Below, one piece after another: positions 25,067 to 37,530 of a stretch of 64,000 nt of DNA. The DNA lies in NCBI GenBank assembly GCA_000165345.1, contig CM000433.1:128001-192000 (forward strand), read 5' to 3'. The notes under the pieces were generated by a model that was not told the origin of the DNA, ran no database searches, and was given only the letters and a program-made list of their open reading frames with translations. Made by a program: the position numbers and the translations under genes. Position 1 is the stretch's first letter. Each line of letters opens with the position of its first letter.

Positions 25067-26374
25067 TCATTCTACTTTGGTATCTTCCTTTATATTCACT
25101 TCGCTCTTTAAATTAAATAGCTCAGCTTCTTTATTAAGAATCGAATCAATATCTTTACTAGATTTCAAACTATTGAAATGTTGTTCGATCGCCTTACAAA
25201 GAATTGAAACACTTGAATCTGGCTTATTGTAAAGATAACAATTAGAAAATATTTGCTGTATATCTGCTATTGTTTCCCTACAAAGTTCGTACTCACCATT
25301 TCTAAGTTTCTTGCGTATTAGACTAAAGTCCATTGGCTTTGTAATAATCTTATAATAATCTGAACAGTTCCAAGCTTTCTCATCAACAGGCTTATCGAAA
25401 ATCCAGGCACCCTCTTGTTTTCTGAGCTCTTCAACACATTCGCTGATAGTTTTATACCACGATGCTCTGAAAGGATCAGAATTTGGCTTCAAACTTGCGA
25501 CTGGTGACTCTTTTGACCAAACTGCAATGTTTGGAAATTTTTCTTCAAACTCCTCAATTTTTATTTTTGGAGCGAAATACCACTTTCCGTCACTCCCCTT
25601 AAATTGTAATCTATAACACTGTCTTATTTCAGAATCTTTAATTCCTCCCTCACCCACAATAGAATTACACAAAGATACTCTATCAAGGCTGGCATCCTTT
25701 TCTAAGTTACCCGAGCCTTCAAATGCATTAGCACCCATTCCCGCTCCGCCAGAGCTAGCCATCCTATTTTTTAAAATATTTGCTAATTGTTTATGCCCAC
25801 TTTTTAATGCATAAGAATGTGCTGCTTGTCTATTCTTATCCTTAATCCCTGCATCAGCTCCATTATCTAATAATAACATACATGTTTGAGATCTCCCATC
25901 TCTTGCTGCATAAAATAAAGCAGTTTGGCCAACATTGTCAGAAAGATTCGGTTCTGCGCCTTTATCCAATAAAAGTTTTACAGCTTCAAACCTACCATCC
26001 CTAGCTGCATAAAACAAAGCTGTCTGATTTACTCTATCAGTATGATTGACGTTGCAGCCATTATCTATCAAAAATTCAGCTGTCTTTACATTTCCATCCC
26101 TGCAAGCAAAAAACAATGCAGTTTGTAAGCTAAAATCTGTGGATGCAACATCTAGCTCTGGGCACTTCTCCAAAATCTTCTTACAAACCTGAAGTGCTTC
26201 ATCATCGTTTGTTCTTTGAACTGCATAAAATATTGCATTAGCATTCGTAACTGAACATTTTTTCGATAATTCACTACTATCTAATGTATCTATCAGATCC
26301 AATGTTGACTGTACACCATCCCGTCGAATGGACTCTATTAGACGGCTACTTTCAAAACTCACTAACTCTCCCAT
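25067..26374 (-). CDS. Ankyrin-repeat plus C-terminal bromodomain protein, 435 aa.
   Basis: About 4 ANK repeats (TALFFACRDGNVKTAEFLIDNGCNVN; TALFYAARDGRFEAVKLLLDKGA; TALFYAARDGRSQTCMLLLDNGA...). Bromodomain motifs are FDKPVDEKAWNCSDYYKIITKPMDFSLIRKKL...YLYNKPDSSV. Confidence 0.8.
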   Translation of the reverse strand: MGELVSFESSRLIESIRRDGVQSTLDLIDTLDSSELSKKCSVTNANAIFYAVQRTNDDEALQVCKKILEKCPELDVASTDFSLQTALFFACRDGNVKTAEFLIDNGCNVNHTDRVNQTALFYAARDGRFEAVKLLLDKGAEPNLSDNVGQTALFYAARDGRSQTCMLLLDNGADAGIKDKNRQAAHSYALKSGHKQLANILKNRMASSGGAGMGANAFEGSGNLEKDASLDRVSLCNSIVGEGGIKDSEIRQCYRLQFKGSDGKWYFAPKIKIEEFEEKFPNIAVWSKESPVASLKPNSDPFRASWYKTISECVEELRKQEGAWIFDKPVDEKAWNCSDYYKIITKPMDFSLIRKKLRNGEYELCRETIADIQQIFSNCYLYNKPDSSVSILCKAIEQHFNSLKSSKDIDSILNKEAELFNLKSEVNIKEDTKVE

Positions 26375-26854
26375 TTCATATAGAGTCTTTTCCTATATTT
26401 TTAATTTGGGAGGAAAAAACTCGTTTTTTCCTATTTTATTCTTCCTTATTCGCCGATAGTTAACTATCCAATTTTTGACTAAACTATGGCGCCGGCGGCA
26501 ATTTCCATGCCCACACTTTTTTATTACCGCCTGTCCGATGCATGCTTGAAAAAATTAGTGGAAATTGAAAATAGTGCCTGAAGAGGAGAAATAAATTATT
26601 CTTCCCAACTGTCATCTTTGTTTAAAACAAGAGCAGACTAGGAAGCCTACTTTTTTCTTTGATTGATCCCTGAAAAGTAAAATAAAGGAACAAAGTAAAT
26701 CTAAAGCTTATAAATATTGCAAATAAAAAATATTATTCGAAATTTTTATAATAATATACACCCATTAGAAATTGTATCATAAATTTAGCAATCTTCGAGG
26801 TGAAAAAAAAAATACTTCTTCTTACAGTAACATATTGTAGCCCACCCAAAGAAG

Positions 26855-28124
26855 ATGGAGAATGGTAAGTTTAAATATTTAGAAAAATTACATTTAAGAT
26901 TATAACTTTTAATTTACTATTTGTAGATATTGACTCAAAAGGAATGCATTTACCTCCGAATATTTCTCTTGTGCCTCCAGAAATACCAACCAAATTGATG
27001 GCACAGGGAGTATTTCATGTAAGTTAATCATTTTGAACATGTAATGTGCAATTTATTCTTAATTTTAGGAGAGAGTTGTGGAAAAGCCTAAGGTTATTAA
27101 TGAAGAAGAAATTGTTGAAATAGAAACAATAGAGTACCGAGAAAAGTTGGTCGAAGTCCCAGAGATTATTTACAAAGAAAACATTATAAAAGTTCCAAAA
27201 ATTGAAATACAGGAAAGAATTATAGAAGTTCCTAAAATTAATGAAGAAGAGAAAATAGTTTATGTACCAGAAGTGAGATATGTGGAAAAATTTGTGGAAA
27301 AGAAAGAAAGAGTATTAAAGGAAAAAACAGTTTTTGTTCCAAGAGTTGAAGTTCAAGAGAGAATCGTAGAGGTGCCTAAAATAGTAATCGAAGAGAAAAT
27401 TGTTGAAGTTCCACAAATTCAGTACAAAGAAGTTATTATGGAAAAGATCTTAGAAATACCACAAATACAAGAAGAAATTGTGTGGAAAGATGTGGTTGTT
27501 CCAAACATTCAGCCAAGATATATTGAAACTGAAAAAATCGTAGAAATTCCTGTTGTACAAACAATAGAAAAGTTGGTACATGCGTCAGTTCCTCAGTATA
27601 AAATGATTAAACAAGATATCAATGTCCCAATCGTAGATATTAAAACAGTTCCAAAAGATTGTGTATTAGAAAAATTGAAATATGTGCCTGTTCCTGTTGA
27701 TAGATATCAAGAAGTACAGGTGCCAAAATATGTACTTAAAACTGTTGAAGTTCCTGTTCCTGTTCCAATTGAAAAAATTGTTGAAGAAGAAGTACCGGTA
27801 CCAATATCTGTAGAAAAAGTTGTACATGTGCCAAAAATAATACAGAGGCATGTACCGCGTACATTTAATGTTCCAATACCTGTATATTCAGATGCATTGA
27901 TAGAATCAAGGGTAGGACTAATGCCATATAATACATTTTTATCTATTAATCATGAATCAGCAGAAGAATCATCTCAGCAATTAACACCACCAAATAATAT
28001 TAGTCATATTCAACAAAATATACAGGCTAGAAGTAGTTATGGAACTGGAGTCGAAGTTAGTTCTAGCATCTCATTATTCAAATCCCCGGAAAGAGAAGCA
28101 GAAGATAGAGATTACTTAAATTAG
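26855..28124 (+). CDS. Alveolin / inner-membrane-complex (IMC) articulin-like protein. Proposed three exons: join(26855..26864, 26927..27018, 27069..28124).
   Basis: The main exon is built of EKIVEVP-type repeats (EEKIVEVPQIQYKEV, ERIVEVPKIVIEEKIVEVP, VEVPVPVPIEKIVEE), the defining alveolin motif. The ORF-track start at 27078 is GTG. Upstream, ATGGAGAATG|GTAAGT (10 nt), a 62-nt intron, a 92-nt exon (DIDSKGMHLPPNISLVPPEIPTKLMAQGVFH|GTAAGT) and a 50-nt intron all splice in phase into the repeat exon. The in-frame ATG at 26944 is the alternative start. Confidence 0.7.
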
Positions 28125-28724
28125 ATTAGTCAAAACCACCTTACATCTAATACTAATATCTAAAGAATTTAAAATAATGCTATTTTTAATTATAATAAAT
28201 ACTTTTATCCAAAAACTCTTATATTTAACTCTTTATATTTAGCCAATTTTTCTTTTTATAATAAATCATTACGTATTTTGCAACGCCATGCATCTTCCCC
28301 CAAAATAAAAACTTGCTAAGTTGGCGCCCTATTGAGATTGTATTATTTAAGATAGAATAAATCGAACTAAATGAAGGAACTGAAAATAGAGTGTATATAA
28401 ATTCTATATATGGGATAAAATTAGAATAATGGATTTTATGTGTGTTAAGTAAGCATTTGTCAATCGAATGTTTATCTATAGCTTAAGATCAGTAAACTAG
28501 GCTTTAGATGAATATTTAGAATAGCAGATAGCCATAATTAATAAAGCTATAATTATTTTTTTATTTGAGTTAAAGTTCTTGGATGAGCATATTAAAAATT
28601 GAAATTTGGTATAATTTTCTGCAATATTTCAGAATTATAACCTATTGTTCTTAGTTTTTAACTAAATTATTTCAAATCAATTGATAAGTTGCTTTAACTT
28701 AAATATCGTACTCAACCTCCGGAA

Positions 28725-30689
28725 ATGCTAAGCAATGAGAATAATATAAAAACAAAATCAAAAATCTCCAATATGTTCAAAAAACCAATTGATTCTAATA
28801 TAGAAATCCAAACATCTTCAAATGATTCTGAATTGAAAAATACTTTTGAAAGTAAAATATATCATCAGATTAAAACATGGAAAGATAATAAAATATCTAA
28901 TAAGGACTTAGAAGATTTGGATGGTAAGTACTTGGTATGCAATCTTGAGTTTGATGAGAAGAAAAATATTGAATTTGATAGTAAAGAACAAATCAATAGA
29001 AGAATGAAAGGAAGTATATTAAATCCACTGATGTTTAGCTTTTCAGATACAGAAACTCCAAAATTTGAACTTAAAGAACTTCCTGGTAATGATTTGAATA
29101 ATATAATTCAAGATAATGTCAAAAAATCTCAACTAAAACAAATCAGTCATGTGAATTTAAAGGTAAAACTTTCAATAGAAAATCTACTAAAATTAAATGA
29201 AATACTCAGAATAAATCTAGAAAGCGAAACACCAACTGTTGTATCATCTTCTGAAACTCAGCTTGAATTGGATCAAAGTGCTTTGGATGAATTGTTTTGC
29301 GATCAACATGATGGTAATTCTTCAAAAATTGACTTTATTGAAAAGTTGGCAGACCAAATTGTATCTAGTATTAAAAGCCTAATAATGGGAGAAGCTTTAT
29401 TAGGAGCTGATAATGCAAGACAAATACTTGTCTTCGAGTTGAAATCGCTTCAGAAATTGTTTATTGAAGATAAAAAAGAAGAGATTTCTAAATCTATTGA
29501 ATCTTTAATATTGCAAACTAGTTCTGATGACGATATTCAGATGTTAATTTTTAAGATAGACCAAATCCGCTCTGCATTGAAACATTTTAACCTTTCAAAT
29601 AGGTTTCAGGATTTTAATTTCGGATATAACAACTCATCCAATGAAATAGAAGATGGAGAACGGACACTACAAACCAATCAAGCAAATAACTTTTTTGCAA
29701 AGCATAAACTTCTAAAGTTTAATAAATGGTGCAAGCAATTGAATGCTTCATCAGAGAATACTGGAAGCAACGTTGCAAGTGGTGAAAGCAATTCAAACAA
29801 TCATCGTCTCGCTCATCATCATGATGGGCATTCTCATCACCATCATATTCTTTCACACTATAAGCATCACCAGCATCGCAATATTAGTAATAGCAATGAA
29901 AAAAATAGAGACATTGTAAAAAGAGAAGAAGATTTTGATTCTCCTCATGCGGAAAATTGTGTCCAACTGTTTTCTCCTGACAATTATGATGGCTGGAATA
30001 CAGAACATTCAAAAGGTGTTTCATTATCATACAAAATAGACTCATCATCAAATGGGCATTTGTCTATAAATGTAGTAATAAAGAGTGATATTAATTGTAA
30101 ATTACTGAACTTACTTACAATATTGAATGAAGTTGAACTTTCAAATATGTGGGTACCATATATCTCTTATTCAAAATGCTTTTACAACTTTAGTCGTGTA
30201 AGCAAGTTGGTACAACAAGTATATGATCTTCCATGGCCAATAGGACAAAGAGAAAATATCATGTTCTGCTTTGGAGTAGATACATTAAAAGAACATGACT
30301 GCATTATGATTTCATGTGGGGATCCTCAAACTTCAAATAATAAATTCTTTGGAGCCAATATTCCCGATCCACCTCCAAAAGTACCAAGAGAGAAATGCAG
30401 TTATCTTCTGTTTATTCTAACTCCTTCAGAGAATGACAAGGACCTCACTACTCTGGAAATGTTTTCTAGTTTCTCTGTGACAAAGTATGTTCCGATTAAA
30501 CTTACATCATTTTTGATTAAAAGAATGACTAGGAAAATGTATACTGATATTACAACCTTAGCTTCGAATATTAATGGCTCCCCTTATGAGACTGCATATA
30601 ATAATAACTTACAACTCTATTCGTGGCTAGATATGAAGCTATCACAATATGAATCGAAGCAAAGAAAAAATGACAAAGATTTCATATAG
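28725..30689 (+). CDS. Hypothetical protein (654 aa) with a His-rich tract and a possible C-terminal START/Bet v1-like lipid-binding domain.
   Basis: Long ATG ORF. HHHDGHSHHHHILSHYKHHQH. C-terminal 220 aa (W...GVSLSYKID...ELSNMWVP...YLLFILTPSENDK...) has START-like spacing. Weak call. Confidence 0.45.
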   Translation: MLSNENNIKTKSKISNMFKKPIDSNIEIQTSSNDSELKNTFESKIYHQIKTWKDNKISNKDLEDLDGKYLVCNLEFDEKKNIEFDSKEQINRRMKGSILNPLMFSFSDTETPKFELKELPGNDLNNIIQDNVKKSQLKQISHVNLKVKLSIENLLKLNEILRINLESETPTVVSSSETQLELDQSALDELFCDQHDGNSSKIDFIEKLADQIVSSIKSLIMGEALLGADNARQILVFELKSLQKLFIEDKKEEISKSIESLILQTSSDDDIQMLIFKIDQIRSALKHFNLSNRFQDFNFGYNNSSNEIEDGERTLQTNQANNFFAKHKLLKFNKWCKQLNASSENTGSNVASGESNSNNHRLAHHHDGHSHHHHILSHYKHHQHRNISNSNEKNRDIVKREEDFDSPHAENCVQLFSPDNYDGWNTEHSKGVSLSYKIDSSSNGHLSINVVIKSDINCKLLNLLTILNEVELSNMWVPYISYSKCFYNFSRVSKLVQQVYDLPWPIGQRENIMFCFGVDTLKEHDCIMISCGDPQTSNNKFFGANIPDPPPKVPREKCSYLLFILTPSENDKDLTTLEMFSSFSVTKYVPIKLTSFLIKRMTRKMYTDITTLASNINGSPYETAYNNNLQLYSWLDMKLSQYESKQRKNDKDFI

Positions 30690-31110
30690 AGTATTGAAAA
30701 GAATAGGTAAATATAAGTAAAAATATTATTCATGTTTTTATTATTTTAATATAAATTTTTTTTTCTTGATTTACATTTAATTAAAGGAATTAATATATTA
30801 TTTTTTAATATCTCCACGTGTCACAACTTCCTGATAATTTAACTCATTAAATTTCAACCAAGTTTTGTTAGGTATGTTATATGTTTTAAATTAAAAGCTA
30901 GAAACAAAATACTTCAGAATTTCTGATATATTCACGTATTCAGCAATTATTTCGAATTTTTTTTTTTTACCATTTAACAAATGCTATTTCATTTCGCATG
31001 TGATTAAATATTCAAATAAATGGCGGGCAATTGATTTGAATGAAAAATAAATTTCTGGAGAAACAAAAATTAGTAATTTTTTTTGGCAATGAAATAATAG
31101 CTTAGTAAAA

Positions 31111-31713
31111 ATGATAATATGTTTGGGACCATTTTGTATTCCAGTATGGAATATTTTTCTGTTTCTATTTGCTCTGATCGGTCCAATAATTAATTTTTTG
31201 AAGAGGATATTTCTCGGAAAAAAGTCAAATATAAAAAATAGGGGTGAGCTAACTATTGGTAATCATGAGAAAATCTTAGAAGAGAAAGATTTAGCTGAAA
31301 TCGGTATAGAATCGCACCTTTTTAGGGAAAGTTACGAGAAAATCTTGAAATTAGTAGAATCACGAAATGTTTTGGAACTTGAAAATATTAATGATTGGGA
31401 AATATGTAAGCTTTTAGGAAAGAATTTGGAGCTTCCCATTCTGGTAGATTACTATGCAGATTGGTGTAACCCATGCAAAAAGATCTCCACCACTTTTAAG
31501 AAACTATGTAAAGAATATAATGGTATATTTATAAAAATTGACTACGAAACTCATACCAATTTTTGCTATGATATGGGCGTTTTCAGCCTTCCAACTTTTC
31601 ACTTTTGGATACTGGACAACAACTCCTATATTCTAGTAGACAAATTGGAAAGATCAGATTCTAAAGAATTAGAGAACCTCTTGGTAAAAAATAAATTCAA
31701 AATTATAAAATAA
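31111..31713 (+). CDS. Membrane-anchored thioredoxin-fold protein (WCNPC active site), 200 aa.
   Basis: N-terminal hydrophobic anchor MIICLGPFCIPVWNIFLFLFALIGPII. Thioredoxin motif VDYYADWCNPCKKI...GVFSLPTFHFW. Confidence 0.7.
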   Translation: MIICLGPFCIPVWNIFLFLFALIGPIINFLKRIFLGKKSNIKNRGELTIGNHEKILEEKDLAEIGIESHLFRESYEKILKLVESRNVLELENINDWEICKLLGKNLELPILVDYYADWCNPCKKISTTFKKLCKEYNGIFIKIDYETHTNFCYDMGVFSLPTFHFWILDNNSYILVDKLERSDSKELENLLVKNKFKIIK

Positions 31714-31814
31714 CTATTACTTTTATTAATTTAAAAAAAAAGAGAAATTAATCCTCATATGAATGTTTAAACTATTTTCAAACGTAGTATTAATTCTTTT
31801 AACTTTTTTGTGAC

Positions 31815-33260
<1,446 letters not shown>

Positions 33261-33702
33261 TTAGTGAAAGCACAAATTTCATATATTAATTTTCCTTGCT
33301 TCAACGTTGATTTTTCCTCTCAATAATTCATGTTGAATTTAAGTTCCTCTACACGGTTTTTATTATTTCCTTTAAATATACAAATTGACTATGGCGCCCA
33401 CCACTTTCTTACTATTCCCCGCCATTTATTAATTATTTTTGACCAAAACGCCTTAAAGATTTAACAAATTTTATTGAGGCCATAAAGTATAAGATGGAGT
33501 CGTATAAAACTCAGAAACATGTATTGACTGCTACTGAAAACATGCTAGTAATGTTTTGCTTTAAAAAAAAAATAGTAACAACTTAAACTGATAGAAAAAA
33601 GAAATTTAATTAATCATTAAAAATAGAAAAAATTTTCCTCGAAATCTCGAAGTTAATTATTAAATATATATAGTTTTCTTGACTATTTTGTTGTATCACT
33701 AA

Positions 33703-34786
33703 TTAAGGGTCTAGTTTTAAATATTCATCATCGAAATGATTAATACGCACAAAGCCATCCTCTCCACCAGTAGTAAAACTCATACCATCAGGGGCATAGA
33801 CTAAGGCATTCATAGTACCAAAGTGACCTTTAATAGCGCCAAGCTCAGTACCATAAATCATGTGCATAATTAGAGTCTGAAATTTACCTTCTTGAGTACC
33901 AGTAGTCGTGACATCTTGTGCGAGTTGGCCACCTCCAAGTAAAATGTGTCTCTTTGGGTCTTTTTCTTTGTTAAAGTTTGGAGATATAGAACAGCCATTC
34001 AAAAGACGATTAGTTGTATACTTTCTAATTTCCTTTAAGTTTACCATATCCCATAACTTTGCTGTCATATCATGGCTACATGTTAACATTAAGGTTCTAT
34101 CCTCAGAGAATGAACAGCATGTGAGTAACTTAGAATGGGCTCTAAGAACCTCATATGGCTCCGAACTTTGCCTGATATCCCAAATGTAAATACCTCCATC
34201 TTCATGACCAGAAATAATATTTTGATCAAACATACCCCAGTGAGCTCGTGTGATTCTGCTGTTGATTCCTGTAATTCTAACGCCCTCCATATTTGGATCA
34301 CCGACTTTCTTTATAAGTAACTGACGAGGCTCTGGATAGAATTGGTCTACAGCAACAACAAACTTGTCTTGATTATCATACTTTCTATTGAACTCAACAA
34401 AACGGCAAGTACCGCTCATAGGATAAGAGGAGATTATCTCTGCTCTTTCGATATCAAAGCTCACGCACTTCTGGTCTGCTGAAGACATTATCAAAGTTTT
34501 CCCATCTAATGATGGGTCACAATTCCAAACTGCTGCTCTTCCGGCCTCGTATTTAGCAGCAACCTTTCCATCGGATGTAAATGAACATGCAACTGAACCA
34601 TCCTATAATTAATAATATTAATATTAGTTAAATTAGTTCTCAGTAATTTTCCCAGTATTACTTAAATGGAAAAATTTACAAAATTAAATGACTTACCTTG
34701 CCACATGAAAATACCAGATCTCCGTCAAAATTATAAGTTACAAATGTAATAGGACGCTCATGAGCTTGTAATACTATTGGCCTCAT
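33703..34786 (-). CDS. EIF3I: Translation initiation factor eIF3 subunit I (eIF3i/TRIP-1, WD40). Two exons: join(33703..34602, 34697..34786), intron 34603..34696 (94 nt). 329 aa.
   Basis: Exon 1 [30 protein letters not shown]|GTAAGT matches [31 protein letters not shown]. The C-terminal ...[22 protein letters not shown]...[34 protein letters not shown] is near-identical in pattern to human eIF3i. The ORF-track M at 34494 is internal. Confidence 0.85.
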
Positions 34787-35331
34787 TTTATTTATTCTTT
34801 TCAGAGTAAGTGTTTATTAAACTTTGAATATAACTCTTAATCAACATATAATTTTTTACTATTTCAAAAATCCCTCTCAACCCGGCAGTCTTCAATTTCA
34901 GGAGAACTCCAAGATTAAGCTAAAATTAGTTCCTGAATCCTTCCTGTATCAAGTATTAAAGTTGCGGCTGCTAAAAAGCCACCTTGATTACTCGAATATT
35001 TCTTTTTTCCCAGTCAAGAGGAAAAAATTTTTCAATAAATATTCCTCTGAATTTCTATTGGCATCTTTTACATTTAATGAGACGGACGTATTTGCCGCGC
35101 GCGGTATTATTGCTATTTATTTGTTATTCAATACCTTATTACAACCAATTTGGAATGCATGCAGAAATGCGGCTACAATTCATAAATATTAAAAATCAAT
35201 TATAAAAGCCTAAACCAAATAATTAAATAAATAAAAGACCACATTTAATCAAATCAAAAACTACGTGCTAAATCACAAATAAATGTGAATTTGCTACAAT
35301 TAATTCTGCTGATAGAACATCAAGCTAATTA

Positions 35332-37530
35332 CTACATATATGATAGCTTTAAAGGAATATATTTTTTAGGTTTGAATTTGTTTACATTCCAATGCTGGCT
35401 TGGATCATTTGGATCACAGTCCAATAGTTCTGCCTTATGCTTTGTTGAGGAATCATTGTCTTCAGTCAATGAAAGACATACATACTTATTGGGCTCAACA
35501 TTAGCCTTAATCATTTCATTTTCTAGCCTCCAAACATTTGTCATTTCACTATTAGAGCATGCAGCATACTTCAAATTAGATCCTATGCAATAGCTCTCCT
35601 TAGAAACAATACGAATTTGTTGTGTATGATTAGACATCATAAATGCTTGAGTACCTTTTTTCCCATGGCAATGGAACACTCCAATCTTGTCACCATCGGT
35701 TTGCCCCCCCATAGAGTCTAAGCAAATATTATCTAGTTTTTTGTTCCTAATTTCCCCCACGAAAAGTAGATGATCCAATTGAGTTATGTAAGTCTCTGGA
35801 GCAACATTATCCAAGAACCATCTAAATGGTTTGCATTTAAGTTTTTTCTTAAGATGTAGCATGTCATCAAATGAACCAAGTTTAATATTAGGATTAGGTG
35901 CAAGCATTTCAGTTATTTGGTAGAATTCGTCCATCCATACTCTGGCTGTACGAAGTCTATTGTGCCATAAGCTTTCCGGAGGTGAACTGTACCCAACGCC
36001 TTTCTTTCTGAAAATATGGAATACTCTAGAGCAAGGAGTGCATTCAATTTGACCCCCACACATCCATATCCTAAAGCTTATTTCAACATTTTCGGCACCC
36101 CAATGCCTAAATTTCTCATCATAACCACCCAAATGCCAAAAATAGTCTCTTTTCATTGCAAAAAGACCCCCTGCCATGACTGGAGATTTTATCGGAGTAG
36201 TATCATTTATAGGCCCAGTTAATGTAGCCTGTTCTAAAATTGAATATTTGAACCCGAGCCTGCATCCAATACCCGAAAAATTGCTAAATGCAAAGTTAAC
36301 CGGGTCTATTGAATCAATTTGTGGCATTACCACGGATTTCGGTGATTCTTTAAGCCTTAAAAGTTGAGGTTCGAGCCACTGTCTCGAAGTCTCAATATGG
36401 CTATCTAGTATTACAATCACAGGAGCAGAAGCAGCCCTGACACCGCTTAGTCTAGCACCTACGATACCTTTACGTTCAGTTAAATGGACAACTCGGACTT
36501 TAGGAAGAAGTCGAATATAATCGTCAAGAAAACCACCCGGAACTAAATCAATCATATCTGATCCGTCATTGACAAGAATAATCTCACGTAGTAACGGTGG
36601 TGGTGTATTGTTTAAAACGGAATGAACTGATCTTAATAAAGTAGAAAGAGGTTCATTGTAAAAAGTAATTATGACGGACGCATCATCAAGATCTTTTATC
36701 GGGTAAATCATGTTTCTGCAAATAGGGTCTCTAACTTCCAATGGAACTCTATCCAAAGAAAGGAAATCGGATAATTGTCTGTTGAAACCGCCTCCTTTTG
36801 CTAAAAAACTCTCCTCGTTGTTTTTATTAATTTCTGGAGGCTTTTCAATAAAAGCAAAAGGAGTAGTACCATTCGGAAAAATACCAAGAATACCATGTTG
36901 TCTTAAATCGTTATAACCTGGAAATACTGCAAGTGAATTTAAGTACTGACTTGAAGTATTTGAAAACAACGCTGAATACTCTTTGTGTTCAATATAAGGA
37001 AGTAATTTTGAGCCGAGGTCATATAGCTTTACAAGAGTAAGCCCCAAATCAGTGTTGTAATCTATTCCAGTATCCTCTGGGGATGCAAATGCTAAATTAT
37101 CAAAATATTTAGTAATTGCAGTGCTTTCCGTTAAGTTCCTAACATTACCATAATTTGTAAGATTATATTTATCTGGCATTGTTCTTAATTTAATAATATA
37201 GCTTTGATGTCTTGAATCAGACTCACCAACTAGCTTCATGAAATCTACATTAATGTCTTCATTAGTAGTATTAATGCAATTACCCTTAATTAAGCATCTG
37301 AAAACTTTCATGCCTCTTCCACTAATACCCCTTAAGCTCTTGCTAACCGAAGAAGACATATAATTACCTGTACTTGATATAACTAGTTGGTGCACTATTG
37401 TGAAAGATAATGCCCAAAGTAAAATAATTACTAACACTAAGTAGAGGAGCTTATTCCTACATACGAATGCTCTTCCAAGCTGGTAATGTATCCTTCTGAA
37501 AAATCTTCGAAATATATTTGTTTGGCTCAT
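35332..37530 (-). CDS. Polypeptide N-acetylgalactosaminyltransferase (ppGalNAc-T, GT27 with C-terminal ricin-B lectin), type II membrane protein, 732 aa.
   Basis: N-terminal signal anchor LLYLVLVIILLWALSFTIV. GT-A catalytic region IITFYNEP...LREIILVNDGSD...VVHLTERKGIVGARLSGVRAASAPVIVILDSHIE (DxH). Gal/GalNAc-T motif WGAENVEIS. Ricin-B QxW repeat (QHW) at the C-terminus. Confidence 0.85.
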   Translation of the reverse strand: MSQTNIFRRFFRRIHYQLGRAFVCRNKLLYLVLVIILLWALSFTIVHQLVISSTGNYMSSSVSKSLRGISGRGMKVFRCLIKGNCINTTNEDINVDFMKLVGESDSRHQSYIIKLRTMPDKYNLTNYGNVRNLTESTAITKYFDNLAFASPEDTGIDYNTDLGLTLVKLYDLGSKLLPYIEHKEYSALFSNTSSQYLNSLAVFPGYNDLRQHGILGIFPNGTTPFAFIEKPPEINKNNEESFLAKGGGFNRQLSDFLSLDRVPLEVRDPICRNMIYPIKDLDDASVIITFYNEPLSTLLRSVHSVLNNTPPPLLREIILVNDGSDMIDLVPGGFLDDYIRLLPKVRVVHLTERKGIVGARLSGVRAASAPVIVILDSHIETSRQWLEPQLLRLKESPKSVVMPQIDSIDPVNFAFSNFSGIGCRLGFKYSILEQATLTGPINDTTPIKSPVMAGGLFAMKRDYFWHLGGYDEKFRHWGAENVEISFRIWMCGGQIECTPCSRVFHIFRKKGVGYSSPPESLWHNRLRTARVWMDEFYQITEMLAPNPNIKLGSFDDMLHLKKKLKCKPFRWFLDNVAPETYITQLDHLLFVGEIRNKKLDNICLDSMGGQTDGDKIGVFHCHGKKGTQAFMMSNHTQQIRIVSKESYCIGSNLKYAACSNSEMTNVWRLENEMIKANVEPNKYVCLSLTEDNDSSTKHKAELLDCDPNDPSQHWNVNKFKPKKYIPLKLSYM

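Noticed and set aside
27666-27851. 61-aa minus-strand ORF inside the alveolin gene.
   Set aside because: It is the antisense of the EKIVEVP repeat exon. Its translation is a poly-F/N/R artefact of the repeat.
34824-35593. Small + strand ORFs between eIF3i and GalNAc-T and overlapping the GalNAc-T 3' end.
   Set aside because: No similarity, and they overlap a strongly supported minus-strand CDS or lie in a 3' spacer.
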